Source of the DNA: Candidatus Saccharimonadota bacterium | GTDB lineage: Bacteria > Patescibacteriota > Saccharimonadia > Saccharimonadales > UBA4665 | DNA: 64,000 nt | Reading direction: 5' to 3' | NCBI GenBank assembly: GCA_027345405.1 | Contig: DAHWID010000001.1 | Span: 3,897 to 67,896, forward strand | Shown here: in pieces, positions 28,518-38,145 of the stretch | Layout of the letters: each line of letters opens with the position of its first letter | Position numbering within the stretch: position 1 is the first letter of the stretch | The notes under the pieces: model-generated | Databases searched by the model: none | What the model saw: only the letters and a program-made list of their open reading frames with translations | What the model was told of the DNA's origin: nothing | Position numbers and translations under genes: made by a program

Positions 28518-29348
28518 ATGCCCACAAGAGACAAAAGAAACCGCCGTTTAAATTACGTGCCGGGTCAGAGCGCACCGTATAAAATATCTAGAAGCAAAAT
28601 TGAGCTGTTCATGCAGTGCCAGCGTTGTTTTTGGCTGGATGCTAGGTTGCATATAGTCAGACCTAGCAGTCCACCCTTTACGATCAATAAGGCGATTGAC
28701 GAGCTATTTAAGAAAGAATTTGATGTCTATCGAGCCAAATCTGAACCGCACCCATTAATGGTTAAGTTCAGTATTGATGCTATACCAATGCAACATGATC
28801 AACTAAATACATGGCGGCAGAATTTTACAGGAGTTTCAGCACTGCATCAGCCGACTAACCTGCTAGTTTTCGGAGCGATTGATGATTTATGGATGGATGG
28901 ACAGGGCCGAGCCGTTGTGGTTGACTATAAGGCGACTGCCAAGGAGCAGGGCGTTTCAATTGATAGCGACTGGCAGATCTCTTATAAAAGACAGCTTGAA
29001 GTTTACCAGTGGCTGCTTAAAAAAAACGGGTTAAGTGTCAGTCCGACTGGCTACTTCGTTTATACTAATGCCGATGTATCCGCGAGCGGTTTTAATGACC
29101 ATATGGATTTTGAAACTAAAATAATTCCTTATGACGGAGACGACAGCTGGATTGAACCAACCCTAAAGAAGATTAAACAAGTTCTTAATGAAGATAGTAT
29201 GCCCCCAGTTGGTTCGTCGGCTATGGGGGGTGCTTGTGAATTTTGCAGTTATGCTCGAGCCCGGACCGAACTAACTCTAGACGCGATCAATTGTAAACCT
29301 CAAGCAAAGCGTGCTCACGCCAATTTGCAGGCAGAGCCAGAGCTATAG
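28518..29348 (+). CDS. PD-(D/E)XK nuclease-superfamily protein with N- and C-terminal CxxC pairs
   Basis: 276 aa. It has CQRC near the N-terminus, IDDLW...VVVDYK (D...D/ExK context) and CEFC near the C-terminus. Confidence 0.6.
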   Translation: MPTRDKRNRRLNYVPGQSAPYKISRSKIELFMQCQRCFWLDARLHIVRPSSPPFTINKAIDELFKKEFDVYRAKSEPHPLMVKFSIDAIPMQHDQLNTWRQNFTGVSALHQPTNLLVFGAIDDLWMDGQGRAVVVDYKATAKEQGVSIDSDWQISYKRQLEVYQWLLKKNGLSVSPTGYFVYTNADVSASGFNDHMDFETKIIPYDGDDSWIEPTLKKIKQVLNEDSMPPVGSSAMGGACEFCSYARARTELTLDAINCKPQAKRAHANLQAEPEL

Positions 29349-29350
29349 AG

Positions 29351-30637
29351 ATGCTAGACATTAACTTTATTCGTAACAACCAGGAAATAGTGGCCCAAAA
29401 AGCGGCTCAAAAAGGTTATCCCGTAGATATTGGCGCATTAGTTAAGCTGGATAATGACCGGCGTTTGCTGCAGGCGCAAATTAATAAACTCCGGCAAGAG
29501 CGGAATCTGACAGCGAGCCAGGGCCAACATGGGGATAATGAGCAATCTAAAGGACGAGCCATAAAAGAAAAGTTATCCAAGCTTGAGGCTGAGTTAAAAA
29601 ACCTCGATCCTAAATATTTGCAAATGCTTAGGAGTGTGCCTAACTTGCCCCTAGAAGACGTACCGATAGGAACCAGTGAAGCCGAAAACATCGTAGTTAA
29701 AACCGTTGGTGAGCCGCCACAGTTTAATTTTAAACCACTATCACACGCCCAAATCGGTGAAGCGCTAGGGTTAATTGACAAGGAACGGGCAGCCAAGGTT
29801 GCCGGTAGCCGCTTTGTTTACTTAAAAGGAAATCTGGTCAAGCTGCAGTTTGCTTTAATTAATTTCGTTTTGAGTGAATTAACCTCAGCTGAATTAATTA
29901 GCCGCCTCATAAAAGATAATGGTCTAAACTTAAAACCGACTCCTTTTATTCCGGTCTTGACGCCGGCACTGCTCAAAACTGCTCCCTATGAAGCCAGCGC
30001 CCGTCTAAATGCCGAAGAGATGACTTACAAAATCGAACAGGATGATTTGTGGCTCAATGCCAGTGCCGAACACACCCTCTGTACGATGCATATGAATGAA
30101 GTTGTGCCCGCGGATTTATTACCCTTGCGTTACGTTGGTTATTCGACTAGCTTCAGAAGGGAAGCTGGTAGTTACGGCAAGGATATGGAGGGTATCTTCA
30201 GGCTGCATCAATTCGATAAGCTTGAAATGGAAGTGTTGTCGGATGCTGCCAGCGGGTTAGCCGAGCACCAGCTACTAATTGCGATTGAAGAACATTTGTT
30301 GTCTTCATTGGGCTTGTCCTATCAAGTGGTTAACAAGTGCAGCGCAGATATTGGTAAGCCAAACGCTCATGGCGTAGATATCAATACCTGGTTTCCATCT
30401 CAAAATAACTACCGGGAAACCCACACCGCTGACTATATGACTGATTACCAGGCCCGTGATCTAAAGATCCGGACTAAGGATAACGGCGATATGCGTTTTG
30501 TGCACACTAACGATGCTACAGCTTTCGCGCTCGGAAGGATTATGGCTGCCTTAGTCGAAAACTACCAAGATGCGGACGGACATTTTGCTATTCCTGAAGT
30601 ACTGTGGCCGTTCATGGCGGGGATCACTCACATTTAA
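29351..30637 (+). CDS. serS: seryl-tRNA synthetase
   Basis: 428 aa. It has the N-terminal coiled-coil arm, the class II core (FRREAGS, HQFDKLE) and TNDATAFALGR. Confidence 0.95.
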   Translation: MLDINFIRNNQEIVAQKAAQKGYPVDIGALVKLDNDRRLLQAQINKLRQERNLTASQGQHGDNEQSKGRAIKEKLSKLEAELKNLDPKYLQMLRSVPNLPLEDVPIGTSEAENIVVKTVGEPPQFNFKPLSHAQIGEALGLIDKERAAKVAGSRFVYLKGNLVKLQFALINFVLSELTSAELISRLIKDNGLNLKPTPFIPVLTPALLKTAPYEASARLNAEEMTYKIEQDDLWLNASAEHTLCTMHMNEVVPADLLPLRYVGYSTSFRREAGSYGKDMEGIFRLHQFDKLEMEVLSDAASGLAEHQLLIAIEEHLLSSLGLSYQVVNKCSADIGKPNAHGVDINTWFPSQNNYRETHTADYMTDYQARDLKIRTKDNGDMRFVHTNDATAFALGRIMAALVENYQDADGHFAIPEVLWPFMAGITHI

Positions 30638-30748
30638 GCTGCGTTAGCGCGTGGTGTATTTAACTTAAAAATTATAGCGTGAGGAGTAAAATACATAGCT
30701 AGATAAAGGCTGTACTTTTAGAAGTTAACCCTAACTAAAGGAGAGACA

Positions 30749-31099
30749 ATGGTAGAGATAGATATTCATGGTGTACATATCACGCTTGAGCCGGCCCTTA
30801 AACGTTACATCATTAAAAAGATCAACCACCTGGAAAAATATGTACCATTATCTGCACGGCGCTCTCTACATGTGGATATCTATCTTTCAGAAAACAGAAC
30901 CCATGGTGGCAAACAGTGTGAATGTGAGGCCGTGGTGCATTTACCCAAAGAAACGATCAGGATTCATGAAGCGACCATGAATATGTACGCAGCAACTGAT
31001 ATAGTCGAGGAAAAACTAAAACAAGCTCTGATACGCTATAAGGAACTGCATGGCCACTTGAACCTTAAGCGGCATTTACAGAATCGTTCACACCTTTAG
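30749..31099 (+). CDS. hpf: ribosome hibernation/S30EA family protein (short HPF/RaiA type)
   Basis: 116 aa. The N-terminal pattern I.IHG.HI.L.PAL..YI.KK...LEKY is present. Confidence 0.8.
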   Translation: MVEIDIHGVHITLEPALKRYIIKKINHLEKYVPLSARRSLHVDIYLSENRTHGGKQCECEAVVHLPKETIRIHEATMNMYAATDIVEEKLKQALIRYKELHGHLNLKRHLQNRSHL

Positions 31100-31198
31100 G
31101 AGTCTAGAAGCATGCAATTAACTGATCGGGTAGGGTATAATACATTTCGAATTAAACTTAAGTTCTTGTTTTAACTAAGATGAGGCGTATGGAAATCT

Positions 31199-33841
31199 AT
31201 GCACGCTGTATTTACTAAGGTATTAGGTGATCCGCAAGCTAAGACAATAAAACGGCTGCGTCGGCGCGTAAACGAAATTAACGCGCTTTCTGATCGCTAT
31301 GCCAAAATGAGCGATAAACTCCTTCAGGCGCAAACAGCTAAGCTGAAAGCTCGTCTAGGCAAAGAGACCTTAGATGACATTTTGCCTGAAGCTTTTGCTT
31401 TAGCGCGTGAGGCGGCCAACCGGACTCTTGGCTTGAGGCCTTTTGACGTACAGCTAATCGGCGGTGTTGCATTGCACGAAGGTAAGGTAGCTGAGATGAA
31501 AACTGGAGAAGGAAAAACACTAGTTGCTACGCTGCCGGTTTATTTAAATGCCTTAACTGGCTTGGGTGTTCACGTAGTGACTGTTAATGAGTATCTCGCG
31601 CAACGCGATGCTGGTTGGATGGGACAAGTGTATAACTTTCTGGGGTTAAGTGTTGGCGTGATCATACCGGACCACTCGTTTATATATGATTTGAACTATG
31701 AGAATAAAGAGCACGAAGATCCAAGGATGAGGCATCTAAAAGAGTGTTCACGACAGGAAGCTTACGCTGCCGATGTTACCTACGGCGTGAATAACGAATT
31801 CGGCTTTGATTATCTAAGAGACAACATGGTACGAGAAGTAGATCAGCTGCGGCAACGTGAACTTAATTTTGCAATTGTCGATGAGGTTGACTCAATCTTG
31901 ATTGATGAAGCCCGCACTCCCTTAATCATTAGTGCTCCTAGCGTTACTAGCGGTACTGCCTATGCCCAGTTTGCCAAAATCGTACGGCCACTAAAAAAAG
32001 ATATAGATTACGAAACTGACGAGAAACGTAAGCAAGTTATTTTGACAGATAAGGGAGTAGATAAGCTTGAAAAAGCTCTAGGTATCACTAATCTCTATGC
32101 TAGCGAAAATATCCGAACCATCTATCACTTGCAAAAAGCATTGCTGGCTCAGGCTTTGTATAAGCGAGATAAAGATTATGTGGTAACGAAGGATGGGGAA
32201 GTGGTCATAGTTGATGAATTTACCGGCCGCTTGCTACATGGAAGAAGGTATAACGAAGGTTTGCACCAGGCAATTGAGGCCAAAGAGGGCGTTGAAGTAC
32301 AGGAAGAATCAACCACATTGGCCACGATTACATTCCAGAATTACTTTCGGCTGTACTCTAAGTTGGCCGGGATGACCGGTACGGCATTGACCGAGAGCGA
32401 GGAATTCCATCAAATTTATAAACTTGATACGGTTGCTATCCCGACAAACAAGCCGATGATCAGAATTGATCGCCCTGACCGGATTTATCGCAGTGAAGCC
32501 GCCAAATTCAAGGCGATCGTTAGAGAAGTGGAGATGCTGCATAGCAAAGGGCAACCGGTACTGCTTGGAACAGCTTCGATAGAAAAGAATGAATTACTGA
32601 GCACATTGCTTAAAAAAGCCAAAATTCCACACCAGATGCTTAACGCTAAAAATAATGAACGCGAGGCTGGTATTATTGCTAAAGCCGGAAACAAAGGCGC
32701 GGTGACACTCGCGACTAACATTGCGGGACGTGGCACAGATATTGTGCTAGGAGAGGGAGTAGTAGACCTTGGCGGTCTATTTGTTCTAGGCAGCGAGCGA
32801 CATGAGTCACGCCGCATAGATAACCAGCTGCGCGGCCGGTCTGGGCGTCAAGGTGATCCTGGCGTGACCCAGTTTTTTGTTAGCACCGAAGATGATTTGA
32901 TGCGTATTTTTGGTGGTGAGCGGATCGGTTCGATCATGAATCGTTTGGGGGCAGACGATGATACTCCGATTGAGAACAAAATTATCTCACGCTCGCTCGA
33001 AAAGGCACAGGAACGCGTTGAAGGCTACAATTTCGACCAACGAAAAAATGTAGTTCAGTACGATGATGTTATGAACCGGCAGCGCAAGGCGATATATTCT
33101 ATGCGCCGCGAAATTCTCAAAGCTGAAAACATCAATAAGCGGGTGAAGGCCGTGATAGATGATGCAGTTCATGCACTGGGGACTTCTCCGTCACTGCTTG
33201 AGGCGAGTTTTGAAGATATGGTAAAGGATATTTTTCCGTTTGATGAGCCGACACTGGATCGTTTGTTCGACACTGATGCTGATAAATTTGAAGGTGTGCT
33301 AAGAAGTGAAGCCCACGAACTTTACGGAGGTCGTGAAGCCGCGTTCGGCGAAGACTTTATGCGTCGGCTGGAACGGGATGTTTATTTACAGGTGCTAGAT
33401 GAACTTTGGATGCAGCATCTGGAAAATATGGATCATTTGCGTGAAGGTATTCACTGGATGGGGGTTGGCCAGCAGGATCCGTTAGTTGAATACCGCCGTC
33501 AGGGACAGATATTATTTGAAGAAATGCAGCGTAATTTGACCATGACGGTGGTTAGAATGTTATTTAACACTTACCCGGTGGATGTTGGTGAGTTAGACCG
33601 GCCAGTTGAAACAATATTGACGCGGGCGGCTAAGGGATCAATTGAGAATGCCGGGCAGATCCTGCACAACCAGGATGAATTTAGCGAAGCTGATTTTAAG
33701 CCGATAGCTTTGGAAGGTGGTGTGGACGTCTCAGTAGGCTCAACCAGTAGCACTAAACGGACTCCAAGCAGTAATGCTCGCCGTAAAGCTCATAAAAACG
33801 AGCGTCGCCGAAAAACAGTAGCCAAGAGAAGGAAGCGTTAA
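31199..33841 (+). CDS. secA: preprotein translocase ATPase SecA
   Basis: 880 aa with MKTGEGKT (Walker A), DEVDSILIDEARTPLII and TNIAGRGTDI. The tail is basic and lacks a zinc motif. Confidence 0.97.
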   Translation: MHAVFTKVLGDPQAKTIKRLRRRVNEINALSDRYAKMSDKLLQAQTAKLKARLGKETLDDILPEAFALAREAANRTLGLRPFDVQLIGGVALHEGKVAEMKTGEGKTLVATLPVYLNALTGLGVHVVTVNEYLAQRDAGWMGQVYNFLGLSVGVIIPDHSFIYDLNYENKEHEDPRMRHLKECSRQEAYAADVTYGVNNEFGFDYLRDNMVREVDQLRQRELNFAIVDEVDSILIDEARTPLIISAPSVTSGTAYAQFAKIVRPLKKDIDYETDEKRKQVILTDKGVDKLEKALGITNLYASENIRTIYHLQKALLAQALYKRDKDYVVTKDGEVVIVDEFTGRLLHGRRYNEGLHQAIEAKEGVEVQEESTTLATITFQNYFRLYSKLAGMTGTALTESEEFHQIYKLDTVAIPTNKPMIRIDRPDRIYRSEAAKFKAIVREVEMLHSKGQPVLLGTASIEKNELLSTLLKKAKIPHQMLNAKNNEREAGIIAKAGNKGAVTLATNIAGRGTDIVLGEGVVDLGGLFVLGSERHESRRIDNQLRGRSGRQGDPGVTQFFVSTEDDLMRIFGGERIGSIMNRLGADDDTPIENKIISRSLEKAQERVEGYNFDQRKNVVQYDDVMNRQRKAIYSMRREILKAENINKRVKAVIDDAVHALGTSPSLLEASFEDMVKDIFPFDEPTLDRLFDTDADKFEGVLRSEAHELYGGREAAFGEDFMRRLERDVYLQVLDELWMQHLENMDHLREGIHWMGVGQQDPLVEYRRQGQILFEEMQRNLTMTVVRMLFNTYPVDVGELDRPVETILTRAAKGSIENAGQILHNQDEFSEADFKPIALEGGVDVSVGSTSSTKRTPSSNARRKAHKNERRRKTVAKRRKR

Positions 33842-33853
33842 AATTATATCTTT

Positions 33854-35164
33854 ATGAAGCATACCGTTTCCGAAATTACACTCAGTAATGGTGGGAAAGG
33901 TCTTCTGATACATGTGCCCGATGCATCAGTTATGACCTTCGATATTAATTTTCGCGCTGGTGAGTTTTTGGTTGACCCCAACAAATGGGAAGTGCCGCAT
34001 TTGATGGAACATGTGGTTTTAGGTGCCAATGAGCTAATTCCGCGGGCGCGTGACTTTCAAGCTGAACTAGAGCGTAATGGTGCCTATTCGAACGCCAGTA
34101 CTAGCGTATACGACATTACTTATGAAGCCGAGTGTGCGGATTTTGAGTGGGATAGAGTATTTGACCTGTTATTGGTTGCAATTACCCGGCCGTTATTTTT
34201 AGAAGAGGAATTTAAGGCTGAATATGGTAACGTTCAGGAGGAGATGGCCGCGCGCACCAATAATCACTTCCGCCGTTTGAGTCTGGAAATGCGCAAGCAG
34301 CTTGGGTTATTGGTGAAAACCGATTCCGAACGGTTGAAGCTGATGAGCAATGTGACTATTAATGACATCCGAGAACATTATCTTAAAACTCACACCGCTA
34401 AAAATATGCGTTTTGTGATTGCCGGAAACATTACGCCGAAGCGTCGAGAGCACATTAATAATGTACTTGAAATGATTGAACTGACTCGCGGCGGCCGGCG
34501 CTTCATGTTGCCGCACGAACACCCAAATCGTTTAAACCACGCAACATATATTCGCAACAGAACTGTAGAAAATCTTTACTTTTACATTGATACTTTTATG
34601 AAACGGCGCCTGAGTGACCCTGAAGCTGATGCGTTAAACCTAGCAAACACCATGCTGACTGAAACTCTTTATTCAAAAATACTGGGGACGGCCCGTGAGC
34701 GCGGCTTGGTTTATGGAATGAGTTCGGGGTTAAGTCAAACCCGGGATGTCAGTAATTGGTGGCTAGGAGCTCAGGTATCGGATAAAAATGCTCCGGCGTT
34801 GATGCATATCATTGTATCTGAACTTAAGAAAGTTATGGAAGGTAGCATTTCGCAAACCGATATTTCTGCGACTAAGCAGTATTCTTTAGGTCGTTTTCAA
34901 AGATCAGCCCAAACTGTCGGTGGTACTGCCGCTGGCTATAGCGGGCGTTATTTTTTCGATGGTGAGATTGAGGACTACTACAATATTCCAAATCGCATTG
35001 AGGCTGTCAGCAAACAAACAATAGTTGATGCAGTGCACAGTATGTTTGCGGATAATATTTGGGGGTTTGGTGTATTAGGTGCTTGTGGAAAGCCGTTTAG
35101 TGAACAGTTGCGCGGGCAGATTGAGCCTCTATGGGCAGCGGGTTCGAAGCAGACTAAACTATAG
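33854..35164 (+). CDS. M16 (pitrilysin/insulinase) family peptidase
   Basis: 436 aa with the inverted zinc motif HLMEH (HxxEH). Confidence 0.8.
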   Translation: MKHTVSEITLSNGGKGLLIHVPDASVMTFDINFRAGEFLVDPNKWEVPHLMEHVVLGANELIPRARDFQAELERNGAYSNASTSVYDITYEAECADFEWDRVFDLLLVAITRPLFLEEEFKAEYGNVQEEMAARTNNHFRRLSLEMRKQLGLLVKTDSERLKLMSNVTINDIREHYLKTHTAKNMRFVIAGNITPKRREHINNVLEMIELTRGGRRFMLPHEHPNRLNHATYIRNRTVENLYFYIDTFMKRRLSDPEADALNLANTMLTETLYSKILGTARERGLVYGMSSGLSQTRDVSNWWLGAQVSDKNAPALMHIIVSELKKVMEGSISQTDISATKQYSLGRFQRSAQTVGGTAAGYSGRYFFDGEIEDYYNIPNRIEAVSKQTIVDAVHSMFADNIWGFGVLGACGKPFSEQLRGQIEPLWAAGSKQTKL

Positions 35165-35166
35165 TC

Positions 35167-36246
35167 ATGGAAAAAGAAGCGGCTAAATTGGTTGCCGAAA
35201 TTAAAGACTCAATCGCACGCTTAAGGCTTCAACCGTTACGGGCGAGGGTTGAAGAGATTGAGCGGGCTAGCCATTCTCCTGATTTTTGGAATGATCGCTC
35301 GAAGGCCGCCACACAAATGCAAGAGCTAAAACGGCTTAAACAAAAAATCGATCCTTGGTTTGAAATTGAGCATGCGGCTCAAGAGCTGCAAGAGCTGGCT
35401 TCACTAAATGATCCTAAACTTCAATTAGAAATTAGCAGCGACTTAGAGGATATCCGCCGCCGCCACGCACAGTTAAGTAGGCAGCTAAGTTTTAACGACC
35501 CTTATGATGACCACGGTGCGATCATTAGTCTGTCTGCTGGAGCAGGGGGCACCGATGCCCAGGATTGGACCCAAATGTTATTTAGGATGTATGTACGGTT
35601 TTTTGAACGAAACCACTGGCATTATCTGGTAATAGATGAATCCCCAGGAGAAGAAGCCGGGTTAAAGAATGTGGTATTGCAAGTCGAGGGCGATGACTAT
35701 GTTTATGGTAAGTTGCGTGGCGAGCATGGTGTACATCGTTTGGTTAGATTAAGTCCATTTAATGCTGATCATTTGCGGCAAACCAGTTTCGCTAAGGTTG
35801 AGGTGGTTCCTAAAATCGATTCCCCTAGCGAAGTAGCAATAGACAATAAGGATCTAAAAATTGATGTTTTTCGCAGTGGTGGTCATGGAGGCCAAAGTGT
35901 TAACACTACTGATTCAGCAGTGCGGATTACACATTTACCGAGTGGTATTTCAGTAACGATTCAAAATGAACGCAGCCAGATACAAAACCGTGAGACTGCC
36001 CTTACTCTGCTTAGATCCAAACTTGCCCAGCTGCAACTTGAGCAGCATAGCCAAGCTTTAAATGAGATTAAAGGACCTAACCAGTCTGCTGAGTGGGGGA
36101 ACCAGATTAGAAGCTATGTCATGCATCCGTACAAACAAGTCAAGGATTTGCGCAGCCAATATGAAACCAGTGACATCGATGCGGTGATGGATGGTAAAAT
36201 CGAACCGTTAATTGATGCGTATTTAAACCAAAAATCCGCATTCTAA
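35167..36246 (+). CDS. prfB: peptide chain release factor 2, uninterrupted ORF
   Basis: 359 aa with the SPF tripeptide (RLSPFN) and GGQSVN. There is no in-frame stop or +1 shift site near the N-terminus. Confidence 0.93.
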   Translation: MEKEAAKLVAEIKDSIARLRLQPLRARVEEIERASHSPDFWNDRSKAATQMQELKRLKQKIDPWFEIEHAAQELQELASLNDPKLQLEISSDLEDIRRRHAQLSRQLSFNDPYDDHGAIISLSAGAGGTDAQDWTQMLFRMYVRFFERNHWHYLVIDESPGEEAGLKNVVLQVEGDDYVYGKLRGEHGVHRLVRLSPFNADHLRQTSFAKVEVVPKIDSPSEVAIDNKDLKIDVFRSGGHGGQSVNTTDSAVRITHLPSGISVTIQNERSQIQNRETALTLLRSKLAQLQLEQHSQALNEIKGPNQSAEWGNQIRSYVMHPYKQVKDLRSQYETSDIDAVMDGKIEPLIDAYLNQKSAF

Positions 36247-36276
36247 CAGCGTAGTGGCATGGTATAATGATTTAAA

Positions 36277-36960
36277 ATGATACTACTAGATAGGGTAAGT
36301 AAATCTTACTCAAGAGGGGGTAAGCCTTCGCTTGACCGGATCAGTTTACATGTAGATCCGGATGAGTTTGTGATTATTGTCGGTCAGAGCGGTGCGGGCA
36401 AAACGACGCTTATGCGGTTACTGACGCGTGAAGAACGACAAACCTCAGGAAAAATAATTGTCGGCGGTATTGACTACGACAAATTGAAAGACCGGGAAAT
36501 ACCTTTATTACGGCGCAAGATTGGTGTTGTTTTTCAGGACTTCAAGCTGTTGCCGAACAAAACGATTTATGAGAACGTCGCTTTTGCTCTTGAAATGGTT
36601 GGGATTAGCAACCACGAGATTAGAAATACCGTGCCGAAGGTGCTTGAAATAGTTAATCTGACAGGCAAGGAAGATCGTATGCCGGTAGAGCTATCAGGCG
36701 GCGAGCGACAACGTGCGGCAATAGCTCGGGCCATTGTGCGGCAGCCGAAGATATTAATTGCTGATGAGCCGACCGGCAATCTTGATCCCAAGCATGCCTG
36801 GGATGTTATTAAAATTTTAGAAAAAGTTAATCGTTATGGGACAACGGTACTTTTAACTACGCATAACCAGGAAATTGTTAACAAGCTTAAACGTCGTGTG
36901 GTCTCGATTAAAGACGGTAAGATAATTAGCGACCGGGCAAATGCCGGTTATAAGATTTAA
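36277..36960 (+). CDS. ftsE: cell-division ABC ATPase FtsE
   Basis: 227 aa with GQSGAGKTT, LSGGERQR and ILIADEPTGNLD. Confidence 0.93.
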   Translation: MILLDRVSKSYSRGGKPSLDRISLHVDPDEFVIIVGQSGAGKTTLMRLLTREERQTSGKIIVGGIDYDKLKDREIPLLRRKIGVVFQDFKLLPNKTIYENVAFALEMVGISNHEIRNTVPKVLEIVNLTGKEDRMPVELSGGERQRAAIARAIVRQPKILIADEPTGNLDPKHAWDVIKILEKVNRYGTTVLLTTHNQEIVNKLKRRVVSIKDGKIISDRANAGYKI

Positions 36961-36977
36961 GGTGAAGGGAACTAGTT

Positions 36978-37922
36978 TTGAGTAAAAGGCGTCTGATTAC
37001 GTTCTGGCGAATCATCAATACTGGCCTAATTAACTTTATCCGCAACTTATCCTTAGCGGTGGCGGCTATGGCGATCATGGTGATAACTTTAACAATCGTT
37101 TTGTTCTCATTAATTGTTAATTTTACTTTTCGTCATACGATCAGCCAGATTACTGATAAGATCAACGTTTCGGTCTATTTAAACAATAATTTGAGTACGA
37201 CACAAACCAATCAGTTGGTCGGTGAGCTTAAACACTTGCCCAATGTCGGTAGCGTAGCATATTTATCCAAGTCTCAGGTATTAAAGGCATATGAGCAGCA
37301 AAATGCCAATAATCCGCAGCTGATCCAGGCAGTGAACGAAACCAACAACCCGCTGCCGCCAACAATCATTATTAAGCCGATCAATCTAAACAATCTCGGC
37401 GCCATTAAATCTTTCTTAGACGAACCGAAAGTAGCGGCGCTGCAGTCCGATCCGCCAAGCTATAGCGGTCAAGAAAAACAGGCGATTGACCAGATTACGC
37501 ATGCAACTAATGTACTACAAGAGATAGGTGTAATTGCTGTAATTGTCTTTGCGGTCGTTTCAGTTTTAATCATTTTCAACACCATTCAAATGGCGATTTT
37601 TAACCGGCGTGATGAGATCCAAATTATGCGTCTTTTGGGGGCTGGTACTGGCTATATTCGCGGACCGTTTATCGTCGAATCAATTGTTTATGGCATATTT
37701 GCGGCGGTTATTTCGGTTGTAATCATTAATGCATCGTTTCAGGCCAGCAGTGGTACGCTCCAAGCCAGCTCGCTTGGTTTGCTTGACATTGGATACGCAA
37801 ACAGTTTCTTTGATTCTCGCTTCTTTGAGTTATTGCTTCTGCAGCTCGGTCTTGGTATTGTAATAGGTGCCGTTTCATCATTGATAGCGACCAGGCGGTA
37901 TCTAAAATTCAAAACGAGATAG
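36978..37922 (+). CDS. ftsX: cell-division permease-like protein FtsX
   Basis: 314 aa with a TTG start. Topology is TM1, a large extracytoplasmic loop, then 3 C-terminal TM segments. It is adjacent to ftsE. Confidence 0.85.
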   Translation: MSKRRLITFWRIINTGLINFIRNLSLAVAAMAIMVITLTIVLFSLIVNFTFRHTISQITDKINVSVYLNNNLSTTQTNQLVGELKHLPNVGSVAYLSKSQVLKAYEQQNANNPQLIQAVNETNNPLPPTIIIKPINLNNLGAIKSFLDEPKVAALQSDPPSYSGQEKQAIDQITHATNVLQEIGVIAVIVFAVVSVLIIFNTIQMAIFNRRDEIQIMRLLGAGTGYIRGPFIVESIVYGIFAAVISVVIINASFQASSGTLQASSLGLLDIGYANSFFDSRFFELLLLQLGLGIVIGAVSSLIATRRYLKFKTR

Positions 37923-38145
37923 GATCAATAATTAGACCGATGGAAGCGGGTAACAGTAACAATTCGGTTACTAAAAAAACCAGCACAAACAGAGCTCACA
38001 TTAATTAGTAGATCTCACTTTAGGAATATTTTAGGGGGTAGCCTATGTAGCAACTAACCATGTAAGTTTCAAAGGGTAAGGGGGTATTAATTTTTTGACA
38101 AAACGTGGTATAGTTAATCTGCAAGGTAAAGATAAAAAAATCATA

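Noticed and set aside
35167-35300. Searched for the programmed +1 frameshift site (CTT TGA C type) in prfB.
   Set aside because: The ORF is continuous from its first Met, so no frameshift is needed. This is reported as a low-interest finding instead.
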